Part shown: piece by piece, positions 41,412 to 50,926 of the stretch
How positions within the stretch are numbered: the stretch's first letter is position 1
How the letters are laid out: every line of letters starts with the position of its first letter
Assembly: GCA_963769025.1 (NCBI GenBank)
Contig: CAVYKI010000002.1
Coordinates: 382,364-446,363, forward strand
Reading direction: 5' to 3'
From: an uncultured Verrucomicrobiae bacterium
GTDB taxonomy: Bacteria; Verrucomicrobiota; Verrucomicrobiia; Chthoniobacterales; Chthoniobacteraceae
DNA length: 64,000 bases
The notes under the pieces: generated by a model
Seen by the model: only the letters and a program-made list of their open reading frames with translations
Told to the model about the DNA's origin: nothing
Databases searched by the model: none
Position numbers and translations under genes: made by a program

Positions 41412-41651
41412 GATTTCCGCGGCGACAAGAAAGCAAAGGATTCACTTGGTCGCCACCTCCGCCGTGTCGATTGGCTCAATCAGAACTTAGAGTCACTCAC
41501 GAAGCTGACGGGTATTTTGAAGGGAAGTATCAAGATGATGCCTGTTCTCGTCACCAGCGATATTGTTCCCATGCAGTTTTTCGAGGAAATGAACTTTCCT
41601 CCAAAACAGGTCGTGCCTTTTGGCGATCTTGGGGAGTATCTGTCACCATAA
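41412..41651 (+). pseudogene. 3' fragment of a lower-GC gene truncated by the IS
   Basis: Open frame from the IS end: DFRGDKKAKDSLGRHLRRVDWLNQNL...VLVTSDIVPMQFF...EYLSP*; no start. Confidence 0.6.
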
Positions 41652-41763
41652 CTGTGGCGCAAACGGCAGCTCTCTGTGTGCGTGGGACTCCGGACATTCA
41701 GTCGCGGGGCCGAGGTGCCAGGCAGGAAGCGATGAAACGAACCTTCGGGCAGCGCGGCGTCCT

Positions 41764-41912
41764 TCACCCCTTGCGGGCGGCGGCCTGCGCTTCGAGTTCG
41801 GCAATCCGCGCCTTGAGCGGGGCCATGTGCGCCTCGGTTTCCGCCTCGGTGAAGCGCGGGGTGATGGTTTGCGGGCAGTTCCAATCGTAGCTCACGGCTT
41901 CGATGAGGAAGA
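41764..41912 (-). pseudogene. 3' remnant of a pyridoxamine 5'-phosphate oxidase-family gene, copy 1
   Basis: FLIEAVSYDWNCPQTITPRFTEAE...PLKARIAELE* with no 5' part. Confidence 0.75.
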
Positions 41913-41913
41913 A

Positions 41914-41961
41914 AGGGGGACAAGGAGACAGGGAGATCAGGGAGATCAGGGAGATCAGGGG
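41914..41961. repeat. short GGAGATCAG-type tandem tract
   Basis: GGGGACAA GGAGACAG GGAGATCAG x3 at the remnant/TA junction. Confidence 0.8.
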
Positions 41962-41989
41962 CGGGCAGATGGCACGGCCTGCCGCCGCA

Positions 41990-42018
41990 TTGACGCTGCC
42001 AGTGGTGCCGGGCATCCT
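41990..42018 (+). promoter_or_regulatory. sigma70-like promoter of the PIN module
   Basis: TTGACG-17bp-CATCCT, 8 bp before ATG 42027. Confidence 0.45.
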
Positions 42019-42026
42019 GCATGGCG

Positions 42027-42509
42027 ATGAGCCTGCCGCGTCTCTACCTCGAAACGACCTTCCCGAGCTACCTCGTTGCGCGGCGGAGCCGGGATATGCG
42101 GATTGCCACGGATCAGGAAGCGGCGGAATCGTGGTGGGATTCGCATCGTGTGGATTTTCAAATCTTCATCTCGCAAGTCGTCGTGCGCGAGGTGCGCCGC
42201 GGCGATCTGGAACTGGCTGCCGCGCGGCTGGCAAAGATTCGCGAGTTCGACGTGCTGGTGCCGAAGCCGGCCTCCGAGGAACTCACCGTGTGACTGCTGG
42301 CGGATGGAATCGTCCCGGCGGTTGCCGCGGACGATGCGGTGCACATCGGCCTCGCTGCCGCGCATGCGATGGACTTCCTGCTGACGAGGAACTGCAAACA
42401 CATCAACAACCGCTACACGTTTCGACGCATTGAGCGGGCTTGCGCGGCCTGCGGACTGTCCTGCCCGGTGATTGCAACTCCAACGGAACTGATGAACCTT
42501 CAGCCATGA
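42027..42509 (+). pseudogene. PIN-domain (VapC-like) toxin with in-frame TGA at 42291
   Basis: YLETT.PSYL, SQVV.REV..GD, DAVHI..A, LLTRNCKHI; frame continues after the stop. Confidence 0.8.
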
Positions 42510-42706
42510 ACGAAAACGAGATCCTACAGGAAATCCGTCGCGTTCGCGACGAGCACGCGCGGGAGTGCAATTACGACGTGCATGTGATGTTCGAGCAGAT
42601 GCGCGCGGAGACGGAGCAGTTAAAAGCCGAGGGCTGGAAAGTCGTCCCGCCCGCGGTTGCGCGGGAGCCTTCCGCCGTCGTCCGCGAAGACCCGCCGAAA
42701 CTGTGA
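42506..42706 (+). CDS. putative antitoxin-like small protein
   Basis: ATGA overlap with the PIN gene; EILQEIRRVRDEHA...YD pattern typical of partners downstream of PIN genes. Confidence 0.65.
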   Translation: MNENEILQEIRRVRDEHARECNYDVHVMFEQMRAETEQLKAEGWKVVPPAVAREPSAVVREDPPKL

Positions 42707-42724
42707 ATCCGGCGGAATTGATCC

Positions 42725-42931
42725 ATGCCAACACCGAAAACGAAGACGTTTGACGCCGTGGAAATGTCGCGGCGATTGCGCGAAGAAACCGGACGCAAGC
42801 TGGCCGGGCTGACCCGCGAGCAAAGATTGGCGCTGCTCAATTCCCATTTGCGCCTGTCCGCTGTCGCTTCATCCGCGGATCAGGAAAGCGCGGAATCGTG
42901 CATGGTGAGGGAAGAGCCGGCGAAGAAGTAG
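42725..42931 (+). CDS. second antitoxin-like small protein
   Basis: KTFDAVEMSRRLRE...GLTREQ pattern; 68 aa. Confidence 0.55.
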   Translation: MPTPKTKTFDAVEMSRRLREETGRKLAGLTREQRLALLNSHLRLSAVASSADQESAESCMVREEPAKK

Positions 42932-43044
42932 GCTCGCGTTTTTTTCAAAGGAAGCCGCAGGCGTTGGCATCCGGATTTGCGGAATGAGCGAATGGCGGCC
43001 AGACATGAAGTGATGAAACGAACCTTCATGCAGCGCGGCGTCCA

Positions 43045-43403
43045 TCAACCCTTGCGACTGGCGGCCTGCGCTTCGAGTTCCGCAATCCGCGCCTTCAGCG
43101 GGGCCGTGTGCGCCTCGGTTTCCGCCTCGGTGAAGCGCGGGGAGATGGCTTGCGGGCAGTTCCAATCGTAGCGCACGGCTTCGATGAGGAAGAGGGGTTC
43201 GGTCTTGCCGCGCATCGCGGGTGAAGGGCTGAGCTGGTCGCCGAGGTCGCCGAAGTCGGTGTGTTCGCGGGCGTCGAGGACGCGGGCGTGGCCGAGCATT
43301 TTCAGGCGCTCGCGGCGGAGGTCGTCCGTGAGGAAGAGCCTGAGGAAGATCGGAAGGCGGTCGTCCCCGTTGAGATTGCCGGTGCTGAGGAGCTGGCGGC
43401 TGC
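43045..43403 (-). pseudogene. 3' remnant of a pyridoxamine 5'-phosphate oxidase-family gene, copy 2 (longer)
   Basis: RQLLSTGNL..DDR...LFL.D..RRERLKMLGHAR...YDWNCPQ.ISPRF; small in-frame duplications; no start. Confidence 0.8.
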
Positions 43404-43754
43404 CTATCCCCAAAAGCAACCGTTTGCGTCTTCGTCCACGAGCTTGAGGAAGGCCGCGAGGGTTTTGACTTCCGGGCGGGGCGGGTAGCGGTGCCACTTC
43501 AGGTCGGCGCGTTTCCAAAACACCTGCCAGACATCCCGGGTCTTCACGTAGCGGGCCTTGGCGATGGACTGTTCGGTGTGCCGGGTGGGATCGCGGAACA
43601 AGGGCCGCACGAGGAAAAGCTCCACCTCGCTGCCCGCGATGCGCTGCCCCTCCCGGACACGGTCGCGAAGGTGCAGGGCTGGCCGGTGCTTTTTCCAGAT
43701 GAGGGTCTCGACCAGGGCGGCGTAGCTTGCGATTTCGGCATCGGTGAAGGCCAT
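43404..43754 (-). CDS. DUF3024 family protein
   Basis: IAKARYVK...W.VFW.RADLKWH.Y...VDED..GCFWG C-terminal signature. Confidence 0.8.
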   Translation of the reverse strand: MAFTDAEIASYAALVETLIWKKHRPALHLRDRVREGQRIAGSEVELFLVRPLFRDPTRHTEQSIAKARYVKTRDVWQVFWKRADLKWHRYPPRPEVKTLAAFLKLVDEDANGCFWG

Positions 43755-43959
43755 GGGGGATCTTGTTCGCTCCCCACCGCGGAGAATACAAGCAGGCGTC
43801 GCAGGTGTTGCCGTCGGCTCCGTTCCGCGTCGTCGCCGTGCGCGTGAAATGGCGGAGTCCGTCCGATCAGACCGTGAGGACCGTAAGGTCCGGCCTCGCG
43901 CAGGCGGAATTGCTGTGCGCGGAGGGGGCTGAATTGAGAATCTGCCGAGCGGAGGCCGG

Positions 43960-44088
43960 CTACTTTTTCTTGTGCGCGGCGGCCGATTTCGCGGCGAGCG
44001 CCTGCTTCTTCTGCTGGTCGGCACTGTTTTGCACGGCCTGCTTCTGTGAGGATTTCTTCTGGTTCGCCTTCGGTGATTTGTCGCCCAT
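43960..44088 (-). CDS. 42-aa Lys/Gln-rich basic protein
   Basis: MGDKSPKANQKKSSQKQA...KKK with an A-rich leader before the ATG. Confidence 0.65.
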   Translation of the reverse strand: MGDKSPKANQKKSSQKQAVQNSADQQKKQALAAKSAAAHKKK

Positions 44089-44279
44089 GGTGTTGTTTTC
44101 TTCTGCGGGTTGAGTTTGCCCGCGGAATGTTGGTTTCTCCGAAGGGGACCGCACCGTCGTCGCGCGGCGGCCCGTTGTAAATGACGGACGCGATCTCATT
44201 TTCGTGCGGAGGGGCAGACGCGCGGGCGATCCGTTGCGTGGAAGTTTGCGCAAAAAAAGGCGGGGGCCATACTCGCCGC

Positions 44280-44861
44280 ATGTCCACACCTCGCATCCTC
44301 GCATTCGGCGGCAGCCTTCGCCGTGATTCGTTCAATCAGAAACTCGCCGCCATCGCGGCGTCGGGCGCGCGGGACGCCGGGGGCGAGGTGACGCTGATCG
44401 CGTTGCGCGACTTTCCGCTGCCGGTGTTCGATCAGGATTTCGAGGCGGAGTCGGGAATGCCGGACGAGGCGAAACGGCTGAAGCAGCTTTTCCTCGAGCA
44501 CGACGGGTTGCTGATCGCGTCGCCGGAATACAATTCGAGCATCACCGGCGCGCTGAAGAATGCGATCGACTGGGTGTCGCGCACGGAGCGCGAGGACGAG
44601 CCGCCGCTGGCTGCATTCAAGGGGAAAACGGCCATCCTCTGCGCGGCGTCGCCGGGCGCGCTCGGCGGGCTGCGCGCGCTGGTCCATGTGCGGGCCATCC
44701 TCGGAAACATCGGCGTGACGGTGCTGCCGGATCAGATCGCGGTGAGCAAGGCGCACGAGGCATTCCTCGAGGACGGAACGCTCTCAAACGAAAAGCAGGC
44801 GGCAAAGGTGAAGGCCCTCGGCGCGCAACTGGCGCGGCATCTTGCGAAAGTGCTGGCGTGA
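44280..44861 (+). CDS. NADPH-dependent FMN reductase
   Basis: GSLRRDSFN, SPEYNSS, LKNAIDW, SPGALGG. Confidence 0.92.
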   Translation: MSTPRILAFGGSLRRDSFNQKLAAIAASGARDAGGEVTLIALRDFPLPVFDQDFEAESGMPDEAKRLKQLFLEHDGLLIASPEYNSSITGALKNAIDWVSRTEREDEPPLAAFKGKTAILCAASPGALGGLRALVHVRAILGNIGVTVLPDQIAVSKAHEAFLEDGTLSNEKQAAKVKALGAQLARHLAKVLA

Positions 44862-44876
44862 CAGGAGTCGCCCCGG

Positions 44877-47800
44877 CTAGCGCGGCGGTGCGATCAGGTT
44901 GCCGTAGCGGTGGCGCGTTTCGCTGACGGCCTGCTCGCGGAGCCAGCGGGTGAGTTCGAGGCGGCCGTCGGTGGAAAGCGGCGCGTCGATCCAGTTGAGG
45001 TCCGCGGCGTGCGCCGCGCGGAGGATTTCGTCACCCGGCGTCTCGAAGGTGCGGAGGAATTCGGAGTGGCGGGCGAGCGCGGGCAGGCGGGCGGCAAAGG
45101 CGGCATCACTTTCCGCCGTCTCGATGCTGAGCTCCAACGGCACTCCGCAAAGCTCGGCGGCGAGCCGGGCGAGCGCTTCCGAGGTGGCGTCGGGTTTTTT
45201 CATCCGCAGGACGACGCCCCGGCACGGGCGGTAGCCGAAGACGTTGCTCTCGCAGCGGAGCGCGGACGGATCGTGCGGCTGTGAAAAATGCTCGTGCCAT
45301 GCGGCGCGATAGCTCTCGGCGGCGCTTTCGACATGGGGCACCGCGACGGCTTCGAAACGGCGGAAGAGATTCACGTAGTTTGGCCCGCCCGCCTTCGCTC
45401 CCGGGCCGATGGCGCTGCGTTTCCAACCGCCGAAGGGCTGGCGTTGCACGATGGCGCCGGTGATGGCGCGGTTGATGTACAGGTTGCCCGCCTCCACGCG
45501 TTCCTTCCACGCGGCGATTTCTTGCTCGTCGAGCGAATGGAAACCCGCGGTGAGGCCGAAGCGCACTCCGTTTTGCAACGCGACCGCTTCGTCGAGATCG
45601 CGCGCACGTATCACGCCGAGCACGGGGCCGAAGCACTCGGTCTGGTGGAACCACGAGCCGGGTTTTACGCCGAGCCTGATGCCCGGTGACCACAGGCACG
45701 GATCGTCGGCATCGCGCCGCGGTTCGAGCAGCCAGCTCTCGCCTTCGTCGAGTGTCGTGAGCGCGCGCAGCAGTGCGGGCGACGGCTCGCGGATGACCGG
45801 GGTGACGATGCTTTCGCGGTTCATCGGCGGAGCCTGCGCGCAGGCTCGCCGCGGCGTCGCGGAGCTGGCGGCGGAAGACGGGATCGTCATAGACCTCGGC
45901 TTCGAGGATCGCGAGGCTCGCGGCGGAGCACTTCTGCCCGGCGTGGCCGAACGCGGAACGCACGATGTCCTTGATCGCCAGATCGCGATCCGCGAGCGCG
46001 CTGACGACGATGGAATTCTTGCCGCTCGTCTCCGCGTAGAGCCGGAGCGAAGGACGCCAATCCTGAAACATCCGCGCCGTCTCGTACGCGCCCGTGAGCA
46101 CGACCGCGTCGGTCCGGGGATCGGTGATGAGCGCACGGCCGGTCCCGGCATCGGGGCAGGCGACGAACTGGAGCACGTCGCGCGGAATGCCCGCCTCCCA
46201 GAGCTGCTGCGCCAGCCACCAAGCGGTGCGTGCGGTGACGCGGGCGGGCTTGAGGATCACGCTGTTGCCGGCCATCAGCGCCGCGAGCACGCCGCCGGCC
46301 GGGATGGCGAAAGGAAAATTCCACGGCGGGGTGACGACGACGACGCCGAGGGCGCGCGCCTTCTCTCCGGACGGCGCGGCGCCGGTCGCCGCGTAGTAGC
46401 GCGCAAAGTCGATCGCCTCGCTCACCTCCACGTCGCCTTCGCCGATGGCCTTCTTTCCGTCCTCCCGCATCAGCGCGATCGTCTCCATGCGATGCGCCGC
46501 CATCACGTCGCCGCATCGCCGGAGCAATTCGGCGCGGGCCGCATCGCCGCGCGCCTCCCACGCGGGCTGCGCAGACTTTGCAATATCGAGCGCGGCGGAA
46601 ATGCCGGGGACAGGCGGCAGATCGGAGAGGCGGAACGAGCCGATGGCGTGCTGCAGCGCTGAGCGATGGCGAGCTTGCGACCAGTCGGTGTCGGGTTCGT
46701 TGGAGAAGCCGACTGCCGGCCTTTCGGGCAGCGTCTTCCGGCGGGATGCGGGGCCCGGCGTCTCGCGCGCCGCCCAGCCTTCGAGGAAGCGCATCTTTTG
46801 CCGCTCCCATGCGTGGCTCCCCGGCGCGAGCGCGAAGAGATCGCGGAGGAAATTTTCCGGCGCGGTGTTTTCGTCGAGGCGGCGGATGAGGTACGCAAGC
46901 GCGCTGCCAAAGTCCCTCTCATGCACGACCGGCGCGTACACGAGCAGACCGCCCGCCGCGTCGCGGACGGCGCGCGCCTGGTGATTCGCCATGCCTTCGA
47001 GCATTTCGATTTCAATCGCATCGCGGACGCCGCGTGCCTCGCGCAGGACGAGCGCGAGCGCGACGTCGAAGAGATTGTGGCTTCCCCCGCCGATGCGCAC
47101 CGCCGCGGCATTCTCCGGCTGGCAGGCATATTCGAGCATTCGGCGGAAGTTTGCGTCGGTGTCCGCCTTCGTCGGGTAAGGCGCGGGATTCCAGCCGCGG
47201 AGTTCGGCCTCGACACGCTCCATCGCGAGGTTCGCGCCCTTCACCAGCCGCAGCTTGATCGGCGCGCCTCCCGCGGCCACGCGCTGCCTCGCCCATTCGG
47301 TAAGGGCACGCTGCGCGTCCCAGGAATCCGGCAGATACGCCTGCAACGCGAGGCCGCCGCGCAGCGCGAGGAACTCCGGCTCGTCGAGCACTTCGCGGAA
47401 AGCCGCGACGGTCAGCGCAAGATCGCGGTATTCCTCCATGTCGAGGTTCACAAATTTCCCGCCCGCCAACGCGGCGCGATAGAGGCGGCGGAGGCGTGTC
47501 TTGATCGCGGAAAGAGTGGCATCCCACGCGACGAGATTGATCTGGCTGAAGAGGGCCGAAATTTTCACCGACACGTAGTCCACATCCGGCCGCGCGAGCA
47601 GCGAGAGGACGGCGTCCATCCGGTGCGCGGCTTCCTCTTCGCCGAGGATGGCCTCGCCGAGCGGGTTCACGTTCACGCGCATCTCATCGGCGCGCCGGTC
47701 GGAGAGATACTGCGCCAGCGCCTCGGATTCCGCGGGGAGGATGACGCCGCGGCTGTCGCGCCGGAGCCGCCAACGCACGGCCGCCATGACCACTTCGGGG

Positions 47801-48189
47801 AGGAACGACGACGCCATCGCGCCCGCGCGCAGCATTGCCCGATCGAGCCACCCGAAGCCGTTCGGCACGCCGAACTGTGCGAGGACACGACGCCAGCCCT
47901 TCGCCGCGCGCTGCGGATCGGAGCTGCGGAAAATGCGGTCCGTCATCGCGAAGCTCAGGCCTTTCGCCGCGGGATCCGCGATGAGCCCGGCGACCTGGCG
48001 GGCACGGGCTTCTTCGGATGCCCGCTGTTGCGCGAGCGCGGCGCGGAGCAGTTCCTCCGCGAGCGCGACGGCGCGCTGTGCGATGGCATCGGCGGACGCG
48101 ACCGGCGCCGGAGCGGGGTCGGGATCGGAAGTGGGCGGGCGCTTCACGGGAAGGAGTATCGCGGTTCGGTTCGGCCGCGTCATTTGCAA
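44877..48189 (-). CDS. putA: bifunctional proline dehydrogenase / P5C dehydrogenase (apparent frameshift ~45820; start may be GTG 48147)
   Basis: SVKIS, LDMEE, LQAYL, RLVKGAN, RRLDEN; ALDH motifs PWNFP, ETSGKN, AGQKCSA, ECFGPVL, QPFGGWK. Confidence 0.92.
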
Positions 48190-48270
48190 TTCGCGTTCCG
48201 GCGGGGCGGCGGGCGGGCGGATTTTGCTGCTGGCGATTTTGCGCGCCGCTCTGCTTCACTTTGCGGCCCT

Positions 48271-48633
48271 ATGCCGACCTTCATCCCGAAACCCACGCAG
48301 ATCGAATCCGCCGGAAACAAGCCGAAGATCATTCAGGAATTCATCGGCCACGTGAACTCGCAGACCGCCGGAGTCAGCGTCGCGAAAATGAAGAGCCCGT
48401 CGGGCTGGGTGGAGCCGGGGCAGACGCCGGATTTTGACGAATACACCGTCGTGCTCGCGGGCTCGCTGCGCGTGGAGTCGCGCGACGGTGTGCAGGATGT
48501 CGCCGCCGGGCAGGCGGTGATCACGCACGCGGGCGAGTGGGTCCGCTACAGCACGCCGCATCCGGAAGGCGCGGAATACATCGCCGTGTGCCTGCCTGCG
48601 TTTTCGCCGCAGACGGTGCATCGCGACGAATGA
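48271..48633 (+). CDS. cupin domain protein
   Basis: GW.EPGQTPDFDEYT.VL.G, GEWVRYSTP. Confidence 0.85.
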   Translation: MPTFIPKPTQIESAGNKPKIIQEFIGHVNSQTAGVSVAKMKSPSGWVEPGQTPDFDEYTVVLAGSLRVESRDGVQDVAAGQAVITHAGEWVRYSTPHPEGAEYIAVCLPAFSPQTVHRDE

Positions 48634-48674
48634 CCGGGTTGCATTCGCGGCGCGTGACGGGATAACGTCGGCGC

Positions 48675-49916
48675 ATGAACGACTCCCCCCGTCCTGAGAT
48701 TTCGCGCCGCGCCTTTTTGCGCCGGGCCATGTTCACCGGAGCGGCGCTGCCCGCAGGCGCGTGGGCGGCCGATGAAACGACGATCCGGTTGCCATTCGAG
48801 AATGGCGAGCGCGAGCTCGTAAAGTATCCGCAGAAGCGCGCGCTCATCCGGCTCACTTCGCGACCGCCGCAGCTCGAGACGCCCTTCGCGGTCTTCAATG
48901 AAGGCGTGCTCACGCCGAACGACGCATTCTTTGTCCGCTATCACCTCGCCGGTTCGCCGCCCGCCCGAGAGCTGCTCATGCCCGATGCATTCCGCATGCA
49001 GGTGCTTGGAAAGGTGAAGACGCCGCTCAAGCTGAGCATCGAGAAACTCCGCACGCAATTCGAGCCCGTCGAAATCACCGCGGTGAACCAGTGCAGCGGG
49101 AACAGCCGCGGCTTTTTCCAGCCCCGCGTCGGCGGCGGACAGCTCGGCCACGGCGCGATGGGCAATGCCAGATGGAAGGGCGCGCGGCTCAAGGACGTAC
49201 TTGAAAAGGCGGGCCTCGCCGCGGACGCGAAGCAGGTGCTCTTCAACGGACTCGACACGCCGCCCGCGCCGCAGGTCCCCGACTTTGTAAAGGCCCTCGA
49301 CGTCGAGCAGGCGCTCGATCCCGATTTGCTCCTCGCCTACGAGATGAATGGCGAGCCGCTTCCGTGGCTGAACGGCTTCCCTCTGCGCCTCGTGGTCCCC
49401 GGTCACTACGGCACCTATTGGGTGAAGCATCTCCATGAAATCACCGTTGTGGATGAAACCTTCAAGGGCTTCTGGATGGACCCCGCGTACCGCATCCCCG
49501 ACACCGAGTGCGCCGCCATCGCGCCGGGCACCGCGCCAAAGCACACCGTCCCCATCTCGCGCTTCAACGTGCGCTCCTTTCTCACCAGCATCGCCGATGG
49601 CGCGAAGCTCCGCTCCGGCGTGGAGCACATCGCCCGCGGCATCGCGTTCGACGGCGGGCATGGCATCCGCGAGGTGCTCTTCAGCGAAGACGCCGGCCGG
49701 ACGTGGCGCGCCGCGACCCTCGGCGCGGACCTCGGAAAATATTCCTTCCGCGAATGGAGCATCGCATTCACGCCCGGCGCGGAAGGCGAGCGCAGGCTCC
49801 TCTGCAAGGCGACCAATGTCCTCGGCCAGTCGCAGCCGCTCGACCCGCTGTGGAATCCCGCCGGCTACATGCGCAACGTCGTCGAGACCGTCACCGTCAC
49901 CGTCCAAAAAGCCTGA
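48675..49916 (+). CDS. sulfite oxidase-family molybdoprotein (SorA-like), Tat-exported
   Basis: SRRAFL signal; FFVRYH, QCSGNSR, MGNARW, LAYEMNGEPL, GFPLRLVVPG. Confidence 0.9.
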   Translation: MNDSPRPEISRRAFLRRAMFTGAALPAGAWAADETTIRLPFENGERELVKYPQKRALIRLTSRPPQLETPFAVFNEGVLTPNDAFFVRYHLAGSPPARELLMPDAFRMQVLGKVKTPLKLSIEKLRTQFEPVEITAVNQCSGNSRGFFQPRVGGGQLGHGAMGNARWKGARLKDVLEKAGLAADAKQVLFNGLDTPPAPQVPDFVKALDVEQALDPDLLLAYEMNGEPLPWLNGFPLRLVVPGHYGTYWVKHLHEITVVDETFKGFWMDPAYRIPDTECAAIAPGTAPKHTVPISRFNVRSFLTSIADGAKLRSGVEHIARGIAFDGGHGIREVLFSEDAGRTWRAATLGADLGKYSFREWSIAFTPGAEGERRLLCKATNVLGQSQPLDPLWNPAGYMRNVVETVTVTVQKA

Positions 49917-49919
49917 CCC

Positions 49920-50219
49920 ATGAAACGCATCGCCTTCGCCATCCTCGCCTGCGTCACCGTCGCCATCGCCGCGGACGAATGGCGGCTCCCCGAAGAGAAG
50001 CCCGCATTCAAGCCCGCGCCCGGCGCCGATCTCGCGCAGGCAAACTGCCTCATGTGCCACTCGCACGAATACATCACCACGCAGCCCGCCTTCACCCGCG
50101 AGCAATGGAAGGCCTCCGTGATGAAGATGCAGCAGAAATACGGCGCCCCCATCGCCCCCGAAACCGTGGACCCTCTACTCGACTATCTCGTTCAGACCTA
50201 CGGCAAGCCCGCGAAGTAA
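49920..50219 (+). CDS. monoheme cytochrome c (SorB-like)
   Basis: Signal peptide; CLMCH; YI.TQP, W...V.KM...YGAP. Confidence 0.9.
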   Translation: MKRIAFAILACVTVAIAADEWRLPEEKPAFKPAPGADLAQANCLMCHSHEYITTQPAFTREQWKASVMKMQQKYGAPIAPETVDPLLDYLVQTYGKPAK

Positions 50220-50392
50220 GCGCCCCTCGGCGCCGCGAACCCCCCGCATGCTCAGCCGTTATTAGATGCGACTATCAACTTTGGCTGCGTGCGGGAAAGG
50301 TGGGGGGGAAGCTGCCGCGACAGCAAGTTTCATGTGGCTTAAATTGAAAAATCTTGACGGTTTTTGCCGGCCGTTTAGACAAATGCGCCTCT

Positions 50393-50926
50393 ATGAAAAT
50401 CATTCAATTATCGTTGGCAATGTTGATCGGAATGTTCTGTGGCGCGCCCTCCGTGCAGGCGGCCCCTCCCGGAAGCATCGAGCACAAAGTTGCCGTCAAG
50501 GGCGGCTGGACGGTGAGTTATTTCACGGGGAAGGACGGAAAATTCCAGTTCGCGCGGATGCTGAAAACCTATGACAAGCACGAGACGAAACTCAGGCTGA
50601 GTTTGTCGAAGGGTCTGTTGACGATTGATGCCTCCGGGGATTTTTCCAACATCAACACCAAGGCCGAAATCACCCCGGCTAAGATCTACATTGACTCGCC
50701 GGACGTGGCCCATCAACACAACGCGGTGTACATGGAGGAGGCCAATGGCGAGCCTTGGATGTCCATTACGCAGCCCACGGACGAACCCGGGATTGAGGAC
50801 GGTTTCGCCAATGGGAAGGCGATGTTCATCAAGCTGGGCAAGGTGACGTGGAAGTATGACCTCACCGGAACGAACGCCGCCTACAAGGCAATGGTTGACG
50901 CCTTCCAAAAGCACGGGGTCAAGTGA
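50393..50926 (+). CDS. secreted hypothetical protein
   Basis: Signal peptide ending VQA; clean 177-aa ORF; TTGACG-16-TAGACA upstream. Confidence 0.7.
   Translation: MKIIQLSLAMLIGMFCGAPSVQAAPPGSIEHKVAVKGGWTVSYFTGKDGKFQFARMLKTYDKHETKLRLSLSKGLLTIDASGDFSNINTKAEITPAKIYIDSPDVAHQHNAVYMEEANGEPWMSITQPTDEPGIEDGFANGKAMFIKLGKVTWKYDLTGTNAAYKAMVDAFQKHGVK

Larger units (their letters stand above)
41717..43193. repeat. ~196-bp direct repeats (41717-41912 and 42998-43193), about 92% identical
   Basis: Offset 1281 bp, about 16 mismatches counted by eye; weak similarity extends to 41680/42961. Confidence 0.9.

Noticed and set aside
42291..42293. Selenocysteine or recoded TGA in the PIN gene
   Set aside because: The position is not a Cys-type site, TGA is a normal stop across the window, and the gene has other damaging substitutions.
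2710..48189. Mass pseudogenisation or programmed frameshifting in Gfo/Idh/MocA, TBDR, yfiR, engB, amidase, trpF, secretin, sulfatase and putA
   Set aside because: Single-base indels hit housekeeping genes with intact motifs and cluster at 29.8-34.9 kb; long-read consensus error is the simpler explanation. Needs read polishing to confirm.
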